A stretch of DNA of 64,000 nucleotides from Candidatus Binataceae bacterium (GCA_050011435.1 JBEKJC010000001.1:85556-149555); one strand, 5' to 3'; positions 29,326-41,690 are shown, numbered from the stretch's first letter. Made by a program: numbers and translations. Notes: generated by a model from the sequence alone, not told the origin.

Positions 29326-30026
29326 CGCGATCGCTCTCCCGCGCGGTCGTGCCGTGCAGGATACTGCCGGCCAGCGTGATGGCGCGGCACGGTTGCGGGA
29401 AACCTCGCTGTGGCGGCGTCGCGATACCGATCGAAACCGAGATGTTGCGAACTCATATAATGCCCGCGAATCAAGCGTGATCCGTCGAATTTCATAGCGC
29501 AACTCCTGTGGCGAGGGTTTTTTCGCCGACCGGTCTCGCGCGTTCTGCGGCGTCATGCTGGCGCGTTCGGCCTGGACGCGCAATCGCGGCAGTAGCCGTC
29601 CACCATTAGTTCGAGAGACTAAGGCGGCAAATGCGTAAATAATCGGTAGGCAGCCTCGCGAGATAATTGGAAACACTTCAGAATTTGACCTTTAAAAGCG
29701 ATTAAAGATAAAGTAAGATGATACCGAAGCAGATTCTAATCCGTGACGGTTGATACCATAGGTGCTGGCGTGAATAAGTTCGCCGTTCATAGCGTCATAA
29801 GGAGCAGCCGTTCCTGCGGGCAGTTCCAGTTCTGTCACCGGCCCTCCGAGCCGCTAGTGGAGCGGGTGGTTGGTTGGGTCCTAAGCGTGACGATTAGGGC
29901 TTAGAAGCTTGAAGTTGGCTTCGTGACGCGGGCGGGAGCCTTGAAGGGGGTTTCAAACGTGAGCTGGCGTTTAATTAGTTGAATGGATGGCCAATCTTAG
30001 GAAATTTCAAAAGGAACCGAACCGAT

Positions 30027-30233
30027 ATGCTGGCAGACGCCAAGGTTTTGACCGTGAGCGAACTCTCCGATTACCTGCGGGTTCATCGCTCGACGATTTA
30101 TCGCCTCTTGAAAAAGGGGCAACTGCCGGGGTTCAAGATCGGCAGCGACTGGCGCTTCAATGTTGAGGCAATCGATGAGTGGCGGCTGCACCAGGGTGCT
30201 ACTGCGCTCGAGGAATTGCGCAACGCCAACTGA
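30027..30233 (+). CDS. Excisionase-family helix-turn-helix DNA-binding protein
   Basis: Begins MLADAKVLTVSELSDYLRVHRSTIYRLLKKGQLPGFKIGSDWRF; a paralog lies at 53466..53717. Confidence 0.7.
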   Translation: MLADAKVLTVSELSDYLRVHRSTIYRLLKKGQLPGFKIGSDWRFNVEAIDEWRLHQGATALEELRNAN

Positions 30234-30312
30234 GACTGCGCCACATCATTGAAGGCCATCCGCCGCGGCGGTCGCGAGTCGCCGCATGGGTGCGCCGCGG
30301 ACGATAAGATTA

Positions 30313-30452
30313 TTAAGAACGCAAAACTGTTATTTTCACTGAAACCTCGCGAGGTTTCAGACTTCCCGTTTGTAAGATGCGGGCTGCGCCGTCATGATCG
30401 ACGAGCAGCCCCACAGTCTTGACCTGACTTTTCGGACTGCTCGCGACGCTCG
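30313..30452 (+). repeat. Composite repeat (A, perfect hairpin GAAACCTCGCGAGGTTTC, B, C)
   Basis: Full-length exemplar of the family. Confidence 0.85.
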
Positions 30453-30550
30453 GATCGGCGGCCAAGTCACTGGCGAGCGAAGGCCCCGGTCTCGTAGACC
30501 CTAGTTATAGGTCGGCTTACAAACGTCCCCCACCCGCACGCACCATCACG

Positions 30551-30618
30551 GTCATCCTGAACGAAGTGAAGGACCTCGCGCGGTCCTCCGCGCGTCATCC
30601 ACTGTGTTCAGGATGACA
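30551..30618 (+). repeat. Second repeat family copy 2, itself an imperfect inverted repeat (GTCATCCTGAACGAAGTG ... CACTGTGTTCAGGATGAC)
   Basis: Matches 25753..25797 and is self-complementary. Confidence 0.7.
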
Positions 30619-30629
30619 GAGGAGCCACG

Positions 30630-33215
30630 TTATTCGGCGAGGAGGCGGCGGCGGACGAAGACTTCGGCGAGCAGCAGGAAAATCGCGAGCGGCGCCAAGA
30701 TGGAATCGATCGAGCGGTAATCGGTCACGGCCGCGCCCGCGGGATGAGTCATGCGTGCGATGCTGGCGTCGAATTGGCCGCCGGTCTGCGTCGCGATTTG
30801 CCTGAGCAATGACAGATTGGGCGGCTGGATGCGGAGTTCGGCGCTATTGGCGGATTCCGATCCGGTGACTGCGATGTCACGCCGCAGCAAGACCCGTTCG
30901 GTATCGCCGGCTTTGAACATCAGGGTGACGACGTACTTGCCGCGGGGCATCGGCGCAGTTTCGCCGCGATAGAGCGTCGCGCCCGTCTGCGTCATCGCAA
31001 CATCCACGGCATGGCGCGGTCCGCTGATGCGGGCGAAGAGATTGCTGACCGGCATCGCGTCGGCCTTGTCGGCGTCGATGGTCAAGGCGCCGTCGGGGGC
31101 GTTGGCGACGCGCAAGGAGAACGGGCCGGAGTCGCCGGCGCGCGCCACCCAGTTGACCAGTTGCGACCAGAATTCGGCGTAGCGGTTCCATCTGATCCAC
31201 GCGAGCGAGCCGATCGAGTCGGGATCTGCGACGAAGACGGCGCTGCGTCCGAGTTCGTATTGCCATGTGGTCAGCAGGGGCGAAGTCCGCGTAGGGCTGC
31301 GAATGACGAGGGGAACCTCGGCGCCGTCCTTGGTGTGGGTGTCGGCAAAGAAGTCGATGGGTGGGATCTCGGCGGGCCGGATGCCGTTGAGGATGGAGCT
31401 GGGTGCCGCCAGATCGACGTGAGTGCGATTGCGGCGCTTGAAGTTCTGGGCCTCGTGGGTGAGATGCACGAGCAGTTGCGGCAGGCGCTTGATATCTTCG
31501 ACGCGGTAAAAAATCCCGCCGGAGTTATGGGCGAAGTCCTGCAACAGTCGCAGGTTCTCAAGGTCGGGACCGATGCGGATGGTCGAGACGGGTATATTGG
31601 TCCGCGCATAATCGGCCATCAATTGGTCGTGATCGTGGTATTGGCGATTGGTATCGCCGTCGGTAAGCAGGATCACTTCGCGGACCGGAAGCCCGGTCGC
31701 CAGGATTTCGCGCTGGGCGATTTCGAGCGCTTCCTTGAAGTCAGTGCCGCCGCCGGGCGCGAGGCGTGAGACGCGGCTGAGCAACTCGTCGCGGTCCTCG
31801 CCGAGCGGCCGCAGATGGCCCAGCACATAAGGCTCGGAGTCGAAGGCGATGACGCCGGCGTAGTCGGTATCGTCGAGCTGGTTGAGCAGCGCGATGGCGG
31901 CTTCCTTGGCGTAATGGATGCGTTCGCCGTCGCGCACTGCCGGGAAGCGCGAGTTGTAGCTCATCGAGTTGGATCGATCGATTAGCAGATAGACCGCGAT
32001 GGGTTCGCGCGAGGGTGGCGGGGGTTGCGGCTGGAACTCGATGGGTAGAGTTTTTTCGAGCGCGCCGCCATGAAATTTGGAATCGCGCAGGGTGTCGCCG
32101 GTGACGATCAGACCGCCGCCGTAATCGGCGACGTAGCGATTGAGAGCGGACTGGACTTCGGGGGCGAGCGCGTCGGCGGTGACGTTGGCGATGATGACGG
32201 CCTGATAACCGAGGTAATCGGCGGCGCGCGGCGAGAGCCCGTGCGGGCCGGCGTTGGCGACGTCGAAATTGCGCAGTTCGAGCGCTTTGACGAGGCTCTC
32301 CGGCGGCGAATTCGCAATTAGCAGGACGTGCGGGGGCGGCGCGACTGAAACGGCCGCCACCGCGCTGCCGTTGACCAGTGCGAGATCGGGTGCGACCTCG
32401 ATCGCGGCTTTTAGAATGTAGGCGCCGGGCCGATCGATTTCGTAAGGCAGCTCGAAGCGATTGATCCCGGGCCGGAGCTGGACCTGCCGGCCGCCGAGCG
32501 CACCGCCTTCGCCATAGAGGCGGATGTGCGCGTCGACGGGATAGCTGGCCTCGCTCGCAATATCAAGATGGAGGGCGAAGCTGGTCTGGGCGTGCACGGT
32601 TGACGGCGCGTCGAAGCCGGTGAGCGCGATGCGGGCGACGGCTGACGGTGGGGGCGCGGTGGTGAAGACACGGACGCCGGCCTCGGACAGGGCGGGCAAT
32701 TCGTCGGTCGCGCGGTTGGTGGTTTCAACGCCGTCGCTCAGCAGGACGAGGCGTTTCTCGTCGATCGGCGGGAAGACGCCGGCGGCGGTGATCAGAGCGC
32801 CGGCGATATCGGTCGCGCCAGTGTCGGCGCCCGCGGCGGATAAGGTGAGCAGGCGCGGATCGCTCAGCGGGGCGAGCAGTTGGGCGTCGCGGCCGAAGCC
32901 GATGACGGCCAGGCGATCGCGTGGGTCCATCGCGCGACGGATCGCCGCGATCCGTTGGAGCATCCATCGGCGCTGGTCGGGGGCGATCGACTGCGATTGA
33001 TCCATCGCAACGACCACGGTCATGCGATGTGCCGCGGCCTTGAACGGCAGGCGCGCACCCGCGAGCATCAGGATGAGCGCGGCGAAGACGCCGATGCGGA
33101 GCACGGCGGAGAGAGCGCCCGCGAGCGGACGTCCCGCGCGAATCGCGAGGACGCCGGGAACGGCGACGATCGGCGCGAGCGCGAGCAGCCACAGGAGCAG
33201 CGGCCGTTCAAACAT
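30630..33215 (-). CDS. Large membrane-anchored VWA-domain protein (BatB-like)
   Basis: 861 aa. N-terminal transmembrane segments, two VWA-like regions (DxSxS-type VVVAMDQSQSI and LLIDRSNSMS), and a C-terminal transmembrane segment. Confidence 0.7.
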   Translation of the reverse strand: MFERPLLLWLLALAPIVAVPGVLAIRAGRPLAGALSAVLRIGVFAALILMLAGARLPFKAAAHRMTVVVAMDQSQSIAPDQRRWMLQRIAAIRRAMDPRDRLAVIGFGRDAQLLAPLSDPRLLTLSAAGADTGATDIAGALITAAGVFPPIDEKRLVLLSDGVETTNRATDELPALSEAGVRVFTTAPPPSAVARIALTGFDAPSTVHAQTSFALHLDIASEASYPVDAHIRLYGEGGALGGRQVQLRPGINRFELPYEIDRPGAYILKAAIEVAPDLALVNGSAVAAVSVAPPPHVLLIANSPPESLVKALELRNFDVANAGPHGLSPRAADYLGYQAVIIANVTADALAPEVQSALNRYVADYGGGLIVTGDTLRDSKFHGGALEKTLPIEFQPQPPPPSREPIAVYLLIDRSNSMSYNSRFPAVRDGERIHYAKEAAIALLNQLDDTDYAGVIAFDSEPYVLGHLRPLGEDRDELLSRVSRLAPGGGTDFKEALEIAQREILATGLPVREVILLTDGDTNRQYHDHDQLMADYARTNIPVSTIRIGPDLENLRLLQDFAHNSGGIFYRVEDIKRLPQLLVHLTHEAQNFKRRNRTHVDLAAPSSILNGIRPAEIPPIDFFADTHTKDGAEVPLVIRSPTRTSPLLTTWQYELGRSAVFVADPDSIGSLAWIRWNRYAEFWSQLVNWVARAGDSGPFSLRVANAPDGALTIDADKADAMPVSNLFARISGPRHAVDVAMTQTGATLYRGETAPMPRGKYVVTLMFKAGDTERVLLRRDIAVTGSESANSAELRIQPPNLSLLRQIATQTGGQFDASIARMTHPAGAAVTDYRSIDSILAPLAIFLLLAEVFVRRRLLAE

Positions 33216-35076
33216 GGGACGCCCTCCAGCGTATCGCGCGCTGGGTCAACATGATCGATTCGCCGAGCAAGGCGAGCAGGGCGAGGATCACCAACGGGAT
33301 AGCGATCGGGCGCACGCTGAGGCGCGACGGGCCTGCCGCGGCGATGGGCGACGGCGACGATGAAGTCGCGGAGGCGCTGGGCGGCGCGGATAAGTCGGAT
33401 TCGCCGGCGTCGTAATAGTTCGCATAGACAGCGACGGCGGGGACGTTACTGGTTACCAGGTAGCGCCCGGTCTGGAGCGTGCGAAAGCGGACGCGGCCCC
33501 ATTGGTCGGGCACGAGAGACCGCATCGTGCCGTCGGGCGCGGTGAGCCGGGCGTGCGCCCCCGCGGCGACGGTGACAAACGAGCCGGTCGGCTCGATGAG
33601 GACGTCGCGCGGGGCGACCAGCCGGCGCAGCAGGTCGATCGCGAGCACCAGCGCGTCCATGCGATCGGGATCGAGCAACAGATGGTCGCGCACGTCGAAG
33701 GCCAGCACGCCGACGAGAGCGTCGCCGTCGAAGCCGAAGGCGGCGAGCGGGAAACTCTCATGTTCGCCGACGCTGACGCCGCGCGCGATCGGTTCCATCC
33801 AGGGGGGCGGGGCCAGCACCCGCGCCGGCCCGAGCATGACGGGCGCGCTCAAGGTGCCAGCGTCGGCGCGCTCCTGCAGCTCGGCGAGCGCGACCGAGCG
33901 GGTGACGGGCACCAGTTGCGGACGCTTGGAGCCGTCGAGCGGCGGCTCGGGAAAAATCAGCAATCGGGAATCGGCGTTGACGCCTTGATCGGGGCTGTCA
34001 TGAATAATGGCGAGATCGAAGTGTTGGGAACGCTTGAATGAATCAGGGTCGGCGGCGGTCACGAGAAAATTTGGATTAATCGCGAGCACGATGCGGGCGA
34101 GGTCGTCGCGCACCGCCGCGTCGCGCGACAGCACCAGCGCATGCGCATGCGCGATGCTCGGGGCGAGGGCCCAGCGCTGATTGTCGGCGGCGAGGGCGTC
34201 GGGCGTGGCGATGCGCGCATTGACGAGGCCGCCGGCGGCCAGCGGGCCGAAGGGCACCACGATTTCGGCGCGCGGCTCGGCGATGAGCATCGAATGGAAG
34301 ACCTCGCGGCCGGCGGCTTCGATCACCAGATCGCAGTACTGCGGGCGATTGGAGAAGTTGCGCACGACGCAACGGCCGACGGTCGAGCGGGGCACGCCGG
34401 CGTCGAGCGAGACAATGGCGAGATTGGGCGCGGGTGTGCCGACCTGATGGAAATTGAGGCGGCCGGCGAGGCCGGCATCGTCGATCGCGGCGGCGGGTGG
34501 CGGACGGTCGGCGAAGAGATCGATTTGGTCGGCGGCACGCGCACGCATCAGGGCGGCGCGCAGGGCCGCGGGCCGCGCGGCAACGGCGGCGGGCGTTAGC
34601 GCAGCCAGAGCATCGCGCGCTTCTTGCGGGCCCGAACCGGCGGCGCGGAAGGTCTCGGCTTCGAGCGCATAGCCGGAGACGGTGAAGCGATCGCCTGCGG
34701 GAGCGTTGGCGATAATTTGCGCGGCGGCGTGGCGAGCTTCGTCGAGGCGCGAGCTTCCATGATCGCCGGTGGTGGCGCCCATCGCGGCGCCCAAATCGAA
34801 CACGAGGGCATGGCGATGATTGGTCCCGGCGGGTTGATTGACGCGGACATAGAGGCCCGCGACCGCCAGCGTAATCGCACCGAGCGCCAATGCCTCGAGC
34901 CAGAAGAGTCGATCGACGCGCAGCAGCCGGCTCTTGGCGACGGGCGCCGGAACTTCCTCGAAGAGCATCAGGCTGGACACCTCGAGGGTCGGGCGAGAGC
35001 GCGCGCGCAGGTAGATCGCGAGGAGAGCAGCGAGGCTCAGCGCATAGAGCAGATTCAATGGATTGAGCAGGCCCAC
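33208..35076 (-). CDS. BatA-like protein (aerotolerance regulator N-terminal domain plus VWA)
   Basis: N-terminus LNPLNLLYALSLAALLAIYL, then a VWA-like region VFDLGAAMG. Confidence 0.6.
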   Translation of the reverse strand: MGLLNPLNLLYALSLAALLAIYLRARSRPTLEVSSLMLFEEVPAPVAKSRLLRVDRLFWLEALALGAITLAVAGLYVRVNQPAGTNHRHALVFDLGAAMGATTGDHGSSRLDEARHAAAQIIANAPAGDRFTVSGYALEAETFRAAGSGPQEARDALAALTPAAVAARPAALRAALMRARAADQIDLFADRPPPAAAIDDAGLAGRLNFHQVGTPAPNLAIVSLDAGVPRSTVGRCVVRNFSNRPQYCDLVIEAAGREVFHSMLIAEPRAEIVVPFGPLAAGGLVNARIATPDALAADNQRWALAPSIAHAHALVLSRDAAVRDDLARIVLAINPNFLVTAADPDSFKRSQHFDLAIIHDSPDQGVNADSRLLIFPEPPLDGSKRPQLVPVTRSVALAELQERADAGTLSAPVMLGPARVLAPPPWMEPIARGVSVGEHESFPLAAFGFDGDALVGVLAFDVRDHLLLDPDRMDALVLAIDLLRRLVAPRDVLIEPTGSFVTVAAGAHARLTAPDGTMRSLVPDQWGRVRFRTLQTGRYLVTSNVPAVAVYANYYDAGESDLSAPPSASATSSSPSPIAAAGPSRLSVRPIAIPLVILALLALLGESIMLTQRAIRWRASHV

Positions 35077-35078
35077 GG

Positions 35079-35984
35079 TCAGGCAATCACTCCGAGGCGC
35101 GGGAACTCGCGCGCCATGATTTCGTCGAGGTGCGAGGCGCCGAAGGCGGGCGCATACATGATGCCGCGGCGGGAGCAGAAGGCGCTCAGGCGCGCGGTGT
35201 GATCGGCGACGCGGCGGCGGCAGGCTTCGGCGGCGGCGGGGCCGAAGACGACGTCGCGCAGTTCGCCGCTCTCACAATCGCGTACGCGGTAATTGCCGGG
35301 CGGATAGTTGCCGGTGGACTCGCGATCGCCCATCACGTTCAGCACCTTGACTTCGTGGCGGGCGCCGAGGAGGCGGTCGAGTGCCTCTTCATAATCGCCG
35401 GGGCTGACCAGGAAATCCGAAATCACAATGACCATTCCGGGCGGGCGCCGCTCATGGAGCAGATCGCCGACGGCCGCGGAGATGCGGGTCGCGCCGCCGG
35501 ATTTAAGCGCATTGACGAAGGGGCGAAACTCGACATAGGTCTCGCGGCGGCGGCGAAACGGCGTGGTCTCGAGGCGCGATCCGCCGTGGCGTCCCGCAAA
35601 CGCGACGAGGCGGACGGGATCGTTCTCGTTCATGCCGATGAAGGCGAGGCCGGCGCCGAGGGTGAGCGCGAGACCGAGCTTGTCGTCGTCGGCCGGCACT
35701 GCCATCGAAGCGCTGGCATCGACCATGATGGTGATTTCGAGCTGGCGTTCGGCGCGAAAGGTGCGGATGGTCAGGTCGTCCAGGCGCGCGAAGGCGTTCC
35801 AATCGAGGAAGCGGAGGTCGTCGCCGGGGGAATACTCGCGGAAGTTTTCGGGCTCGATGCCGCCGCCCTGGTGGCGTCCGATGATGCGCTGGCCGGCGCG
35901 ATGCGTGCGAGCGCGCCGAGTGCCGAGCATCAGACCGTCGAGCTGGTGGAGAAATTCGGGCTCGAATGCGCGCGCCTCGAGCAT
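35079..35984 (-). CDS. DUF58 domain protein (VWA-like)
   Basis: EYSPGDDLRFLDWNAFARLD motif, characteristic of DUF58 partners of MoxR. Confidence 0.75.
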   Translation of the reverse strand: MLEARAFEPEFLHQLDGLMLGTRRARTHRAGQRIIGRHQGGGIEPENFREYSPGDDLRFLDWNAFARLDDLTIRTFRAERQLEITIMVDASASMAVPADDDKLGLALTLGAGLAFIGMNENDPVRLVAFAGRHGGSRLETTPFRRRRETYVEFRPFVNALKSGGATRISAAVGDLLHERRPPGMVIVISDFLVSPGDYEEALDRLLGARHEVKVLNVMGDRESTGNYPPGNYRVRDCESGELRDVVFGPAAAEACRRRVADHTARLSAFCSRRGIMYAPAFGASHLDEIMAREFPRLGVIA

Positions 35985-35998
35985 CGCTGGTGTTTCCC

Positions 35999-37047
<1,049 letters not shown>

Positions 37048-37051
<4 letters not shown>

Positions 37052-38307
37052 CGTTCAAAGACCCGCTTGATGGTGGTGCGGTCGGCGGCGGGCACCGCGG
37101 CGCGCGCCAGGGGCTGATCGGGGTACTGGTTGGAATTGAGCGGCACGCGGATGCGCGGTGGCACGTAAGTCGGGCTGCCGGCCGAGGTGGATTCATTCGA
37201 GGGCTCGGCTTCGATCGCAATTTTGAAACTGTCGCTGCCGAGCGGCCGCGCGCTCGCCGGTCCATAGAGGCTGGCGGGATCGCTGCCCGCTCCATGCATC
37301 AAGCCGCCACCCGAATTCGGATCGCCGGTGTTTGGGGTCTCAGGCCCGGCCTGCGGCTGATCGGAGCCGGCGCCCGGAGTCGAATTTTTTGCGGCCAGTT
37401 CGTCGGCCTGCTGCGGCGGAATCGAGGTCATCGGCGGCGAAATGGGCGCCGCGCCCGGCTGCGACGTCCCAGCCGCGCCGTTGTGTGAATTGTCGGCGAG
37501 ACCGTTACCGTCGCCGGAGTTGCCGTTTACGCTGGGATTGGCGTTGTCGTTGCGCGGCTTACCGGGCTGGCCGGGATTGCGATCGGTCAAGCGCATCCGG
37601 GTCGGATTGCGGGCGTGATCGAGGCCGTTGAGCTTGTCCTGAAAGGCGTCGGCGAAACTGCGCGCCTTATCAAGGAGCTTTGAGAGGCCGGGGCGATTGC
37701 GATCGGCGTTTTCCGCTGCTGCCAGCTTGTCGGCGAGCTTCCTGAGGGTTTCTGGATCGGCGTAGATTTCGGCGTTGGGCCGCAGGGCCGGGTCGGCCGG
37801 GCGAATATCGAGATTTCGGATGTCGGCGGTGATCTGGCCAGGGCCGCCGGGACCGAGCCGGGCGGGGCCGCGCCGTGGAGCATTACTAAAGCGCGCGGCG
37901 GGAACTGCCAGCGCCGCCAACAAGATCGATGCGATCAATGGATAGAGCGCGCGCGAGAGCCATCGCGGGGCGACCCGCGCGGGCTCGAACTCCTCGCGCC
38001 GGCCGTAGGTATCCTCGACCAGGTAGGCCCACAGCGGCGAGCGCTTCGGAGTTGCGGCGAGGGCGAGCACGGTTGTCAGCCGGCCCTTCATCTGCGAGCG
38101 GGTGTCGGCGATGGCGGCGGCCCGCGCCGGACTGGTGCGCATCGCGCGGACGAGCATGGTCTCGCGGATTATTCCGACAATCGCGGCCAGCAGCAGGAAG
38201 ATCGCGACGCCGAGGAAGGTCAGAGGTCCAAGGCTCGCGGCGGCGAAGAAGGTCAGAGCGACAGCACCGATCAAGATTGCGATGCCGGCGAAGAGCCAGC
38301 GTTGCAT
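37048..38307 (-). CDS. Membrane protein with a low-complexity Pro/Gly/Asn-rich C-terminal region (first gene of the MoxR operon)
   Basis: About 4 transmembrane segments, then a long disordered region; start set at the internal ATG (MQRWLFAGIAILIG). Confidence 0.4.
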
Positions 38308-38571
38308 CGCGAGGAAATTCAGACGCGACCGCACGCCCTTGATCTGAAATAAGATCAGCCAGAGTTTCTGTTCGTCTCGGCGAGTTTCAGACACGGGGTG
38401 TCTCAGCCGGGCCCGATTGCGGCGGCGGCGCTGGTCAATTGACAATAGTTAAGCCGTATTCCGTGCGCAATGTATAAATTCGCGGCCGCTTCGGCACAGT
38501 CCAGTCTCATCCACGATGCGATCTACGCATGGCGGGTTTGGATTGGGTTTGCCGCGGGGCGTAATCCAGCG

Positions 38572-38701
38572 GTTGAGGAGCGCAGAGCTTTTGGTTTCCT
38601 TCTGAAACCTCAACGAGGTTTCACGGCATTCCATGCCGACGGTGGGCCACGAGCAGCCCAACAGTCTTGACCTGACTTTTCGGACTGCTCGCGATGCTCG
38701 G
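38572..38701 (+). repeat. Composite repeat (A-like, hairpin GAAACCTCAACGAGGTTTC, module E, module C)
   Basis: Sequence identity to other copies. Confidence 0.8.
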
Positions 38702-38794
38702 TAAGTAGCGAAATCGGGCCGGAACTGTCGTCGTCCATCGGCTCCTTTCCGCACGTCTCGGCGGCCCACTTGAGCATCGGGAGCGTCTAACCAT

Positions 38795-38850
38795 AATGGG
38801 AAGTTTGAAATCTCGTGAGGTTTCAATGAAGTTAAAGTTTTGCGCTCCTA
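38795..38850 (-). repeat. Repeat (B-like, hairpin GAAATCTCGTGAGGTTTC, reversed module A)
   Basis: GGGAAGTTTGAAATCTCGTGAGGTTTCAATGAAGTTAAAGTTTTGCGCTCC. Confidence 0.7.
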
Positions 38851-38857
38851 TACGACT

Positions 38858-39744
38858 CTATTTTATTCCCGCGTCGTCGAGGACGCCGAGGGCAAGCGCC
38901 GACCAGTCCATCTGATCGCGCCCGTGCGCAAGGCCGGCGAGGAGACGGTCGCGCACGACTGCCGCAACCGGCATCGGCACACGCGCGTCGCCGGCGGTTT
39001 TCAACACCAGCTCAACGTCTTTGAGACCGAGCGCGAGGGCGAAGCCGGCAGGGGTATGACGTTTCGCCGCAACCATCTCGCCGTAGCGCTGGTAAACCGG
39101 GCAGGCGAAGAGGGTCTTGCCGAGCATCTCGGCGACTTGCACGCGGTCAACGCCGTTGCGCTCGGCCATGGCGAATGCTTCGGCCATCGATTCGAGCGCC
39201 GCCGCGATCAGAAAGTTGCCGGTGAGCTTGGCGACGTTGGCTGCACCCGCATCTTCGCCGTAATCGAAAATCGCGCGCCCGACCGCATCGAGCAGCGGAC
39301 GCACGCGCTCCTTGGCGGCGGCCGGCCCCGAGGTGCAGACCACGAGCTGGCGGGCGGCCGCATTGTCGGGGCGCCCGAAGACCGGCGCCGCTACATAGAT
39401 GCTGCCGTAATCGGCGTGACAGGCGGCCATCCGGCGCGAAGTCGCGGGGGCGATGGTACTCATCGAGACGTGAATCCCGCTTGGCCCGAGCCGAGCCGCG
39501 ATGCCGTTGGCGCCGGTGACGACGCTTTCGACGGCGGCATCGTCGGCCAGCATCGTCATAACGATGCCGCCCGGTATGGCCGCATCGCCGGCGCTCGATG
39601 CGCGCGTGGCGCCCTTGGCGAGGAGCGGTGCGGCCTTCGACGCGGTGCGGTTATGCACGCGCAATTTGATTCCGGCGGCGGCGACGTTCGTCGCCATCGG
39701 CAACCCCATCGCGCCCAATCCGATAAATCCGGCTTCTGTAATCA
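38858..39744 (-). CDS. NAD(P)-dependent oxidoreductase, 3-hydroxyisobutyrate dehydrogenase family
   Basis: From the internal start: MITEAGFIGLGAMGLPMATN Rossmann motif. Confidence 0.75.
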
Positions 39745-39768
39745 TCGCGAACTCCTTTCGATATGCGG

Positions 39769-40524
39769 CTAGCGCGAACGGGTGACGCCGATGCGCGGGC
39801 ACATCGTCGTCAACGGACAGCGCGAGCACCACGGTGACGTCGGGTGGCAGATGGTCTGCCCGAACGCGACCAGCAGGCTGTTGTACTCGATCCAATAGCG
39901 CCGCGGGAGGACCCGGCGCAAAGCGGTCTCGGTCAGGTTCGCGTTTTTGGTCGCGACCAGGCCCCAGCGGTTGGAGATCCGATGGACGTGGGTGTCCACG
40001 CAGATGCCGGGCTTGCGAAACGATTCGGTGACGACGAGGTTGGCGGTCTTGCGGCCGACGCCCTTGAGCGTCACGAGCTGATCGATGTCGTCGGGGACGC
40101 GACCGTCGAAGCGGTCGATCAGGTCGCGGCAGATTTCGCGAATCCCGCGTGCCTTGGTGCGATAGAAGCCGACCGGGTAGATGAGCTCCTCGATTTCGCG
40201 CGGGTCCATCGCAAGCATCGCGACCGGCGTGCGCGCCCGCGCGAATAATCGCGGCGCCGCAACGGCAGTGGTTTTATCGTTGGTGCGCAGGCTCAGGATA
40301 CATCCGATGAGGGTGAGGAACGGGTCATGTTTTTCGGCGGCCATCAGGGTGAGCACGGGGGCATTCCAGCCGCGCGCCTCGCGCCGCAGGATCGTCAGTG
40401 CCCGTCCGATGGAAGCGCTCGTGAGGGGGCCGGGCGGGTCGGCATGCGTAAGCGGGCCGGGCTTTCGGGCGCGGCGCTTGCTGCGCGCTTCGTCGCGAAC
40501 GTCTGTATTTGCCGATTGCACCAT
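39769..40524 (-). CDS. nth: Endonuclease III
   Basis: HhH-GPD LVTLKGVGRKTANLV and C-terminal 4Fe-4S cluster C-x6-C-x2-C-x5-C (CHPTSPWCSRCPLTTMC). The true start may be internal. Confidence 0.85.
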   Translation of the reverse strand: MVQSANTDVRDEARSKRRARKPGPLTHADPPGPLTSASIGRALTILRREARGWNAPVLTLMAAEKHDPFLTLIGCILSLRTNDKTTAVAAPRLFARARTPVAMLAMDPREIEELIYPVGFYRTKARGIREICRDLIDRFDGRVPDDIDQLVTLKGVGRKTANLVVTESFRKPGICVDTHVHRISNRWGLVATKNANLTETALRRVLPRRYWIEYNSLLVAFGQTICHPTSPWCSRCPLTTMCPRIGVTRSR

Positions 40525-40688
40525 TAAGAGTTACGGGCATGTTTAGCGCGATGGTGCGGGCGATAGAAACGGCGAATTCACAGGCCACGCAATATCGCCG
40601 CGACAACTGCGCGATCATTTGACGATCGGATAGCGATGGGAGCAGATTACCGGCCAAGACTCCGGCCTTGACGCGCGAGGTTAACGAC

Positions 40689-41666
40689 ATGGATCTCGGC
40701 AAAGACCTGCTGCTCGACATGTATCGCTCGATGACGCGGATTCGGTTGTTTGAAACCAAGGTCCGCGATCTGGCCACGGCCAACGAAATCCCGGGCTTCG
40801 TCCACGTCTCGATCGGCGAGGAGGCGAGCGCCACCGGAGTGTGCGCGGCGCTGCGCAAGACCGATCGCATCACCTCGACTCATCGCGGTCATAGTCATTT
40901 GATCGCGAAGGGGGGACGGCTCGACCGCATGATGGCGGAACTGTTCGGCAAGCGCACCGGCTACTGCAAGGGTAAGGGTGGCTCGATGCATATCGTCGAT
41001 TTCTCACTCGGCATCCTCGGCGCCAACGGGATCGTCGGCGCGGGTCTGCCGATCGCGACCGGATCGGCGCTGGCCGCCGTGATCGCGGGCACCGAAGACG
41101 TGACGGCCTGCTTCTTCGGCGACGGCGCGTCCAACGAAGGGACCTTCCACGAATCGCTCAACTTGGCGGCGGTGTGGAAACTGCCGGTGGTCTTCGTCTG
41201 CGAGAACAACGGCTTCGGCGAGTTCACGCCGATGCAGACTGTCACCTCGGTCAAGGATATCGCGGTGCGCGCGAAGGCCTACGACATCCCCGGCCATATC
41301 GTCGATGGCAACGACGTGCTCGAAGTCTATCGCTACGCCAGCGAGGCGATCGCACGCGCCCGCGCCGGCGAAGGGCCGACGCTGCTCGAATGCAAGACCT
41401 ATCGCTGGGAGGGTCACGTGGTCGGCGAGCAGGCCTTTCTCGGCACGGGGTCATATCGCTCCGAGCAGGAGGTCAACGAATGGAAGGCGCGATGCCCGCT
41501 GATTCGCTTTGACAAGTTCGCGGCCGAGTCGGGCAAGATCAGCGTTGCCGACCTGCAGAGGATCAAAAAAGAGACCGAGGCCGAACTCGAAGAGGCGGTC
41601 AAGTTCGCGCGGGAAAGTCCGCTGCCCGACGCGTCGGAAGTCACCGAGGACGTGTTCACGGATTAG
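40689..41666 (+). CDS. 2-oxo-acid dehydrogenase E1 component alpha subunit, TPP-dependent
   Basis: TPP-binding GDGA..EG and HRGHSH-type motifs; next is the E1 beta gene. Confidence 0.85.
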   Translation: MDLGKDLLLDMYRSMTRIRLFETKVRDLATANEIPGFVHVSIGEEASATGVCAALRKTDRITSTHRGHSHLIAKGGRLDRMMAELFGKRTGYCKGKGGSMHIVDFSLGILGANGIVGAGLPIATGSALAAVIAGTEDVTACFFGDGASNEGTFHESLNLAAVWKLPVVFVCENNGFGEFTPMQTVTSVKDIAVRAKAYDIPGHIVDGNDVLEVYRYASEAIARARAGEGPTLLECKTYRWEGHVVGEQAFLGTGSYRSEQEVNEWKARCPLIRFDKFAAESGKISVADLQRIKKETEAELEEAVKFARESPLPDASEVTEDVFTD

Positions 41667-41690
41667 AGTGAGACAGTGACGGGTCCAATT

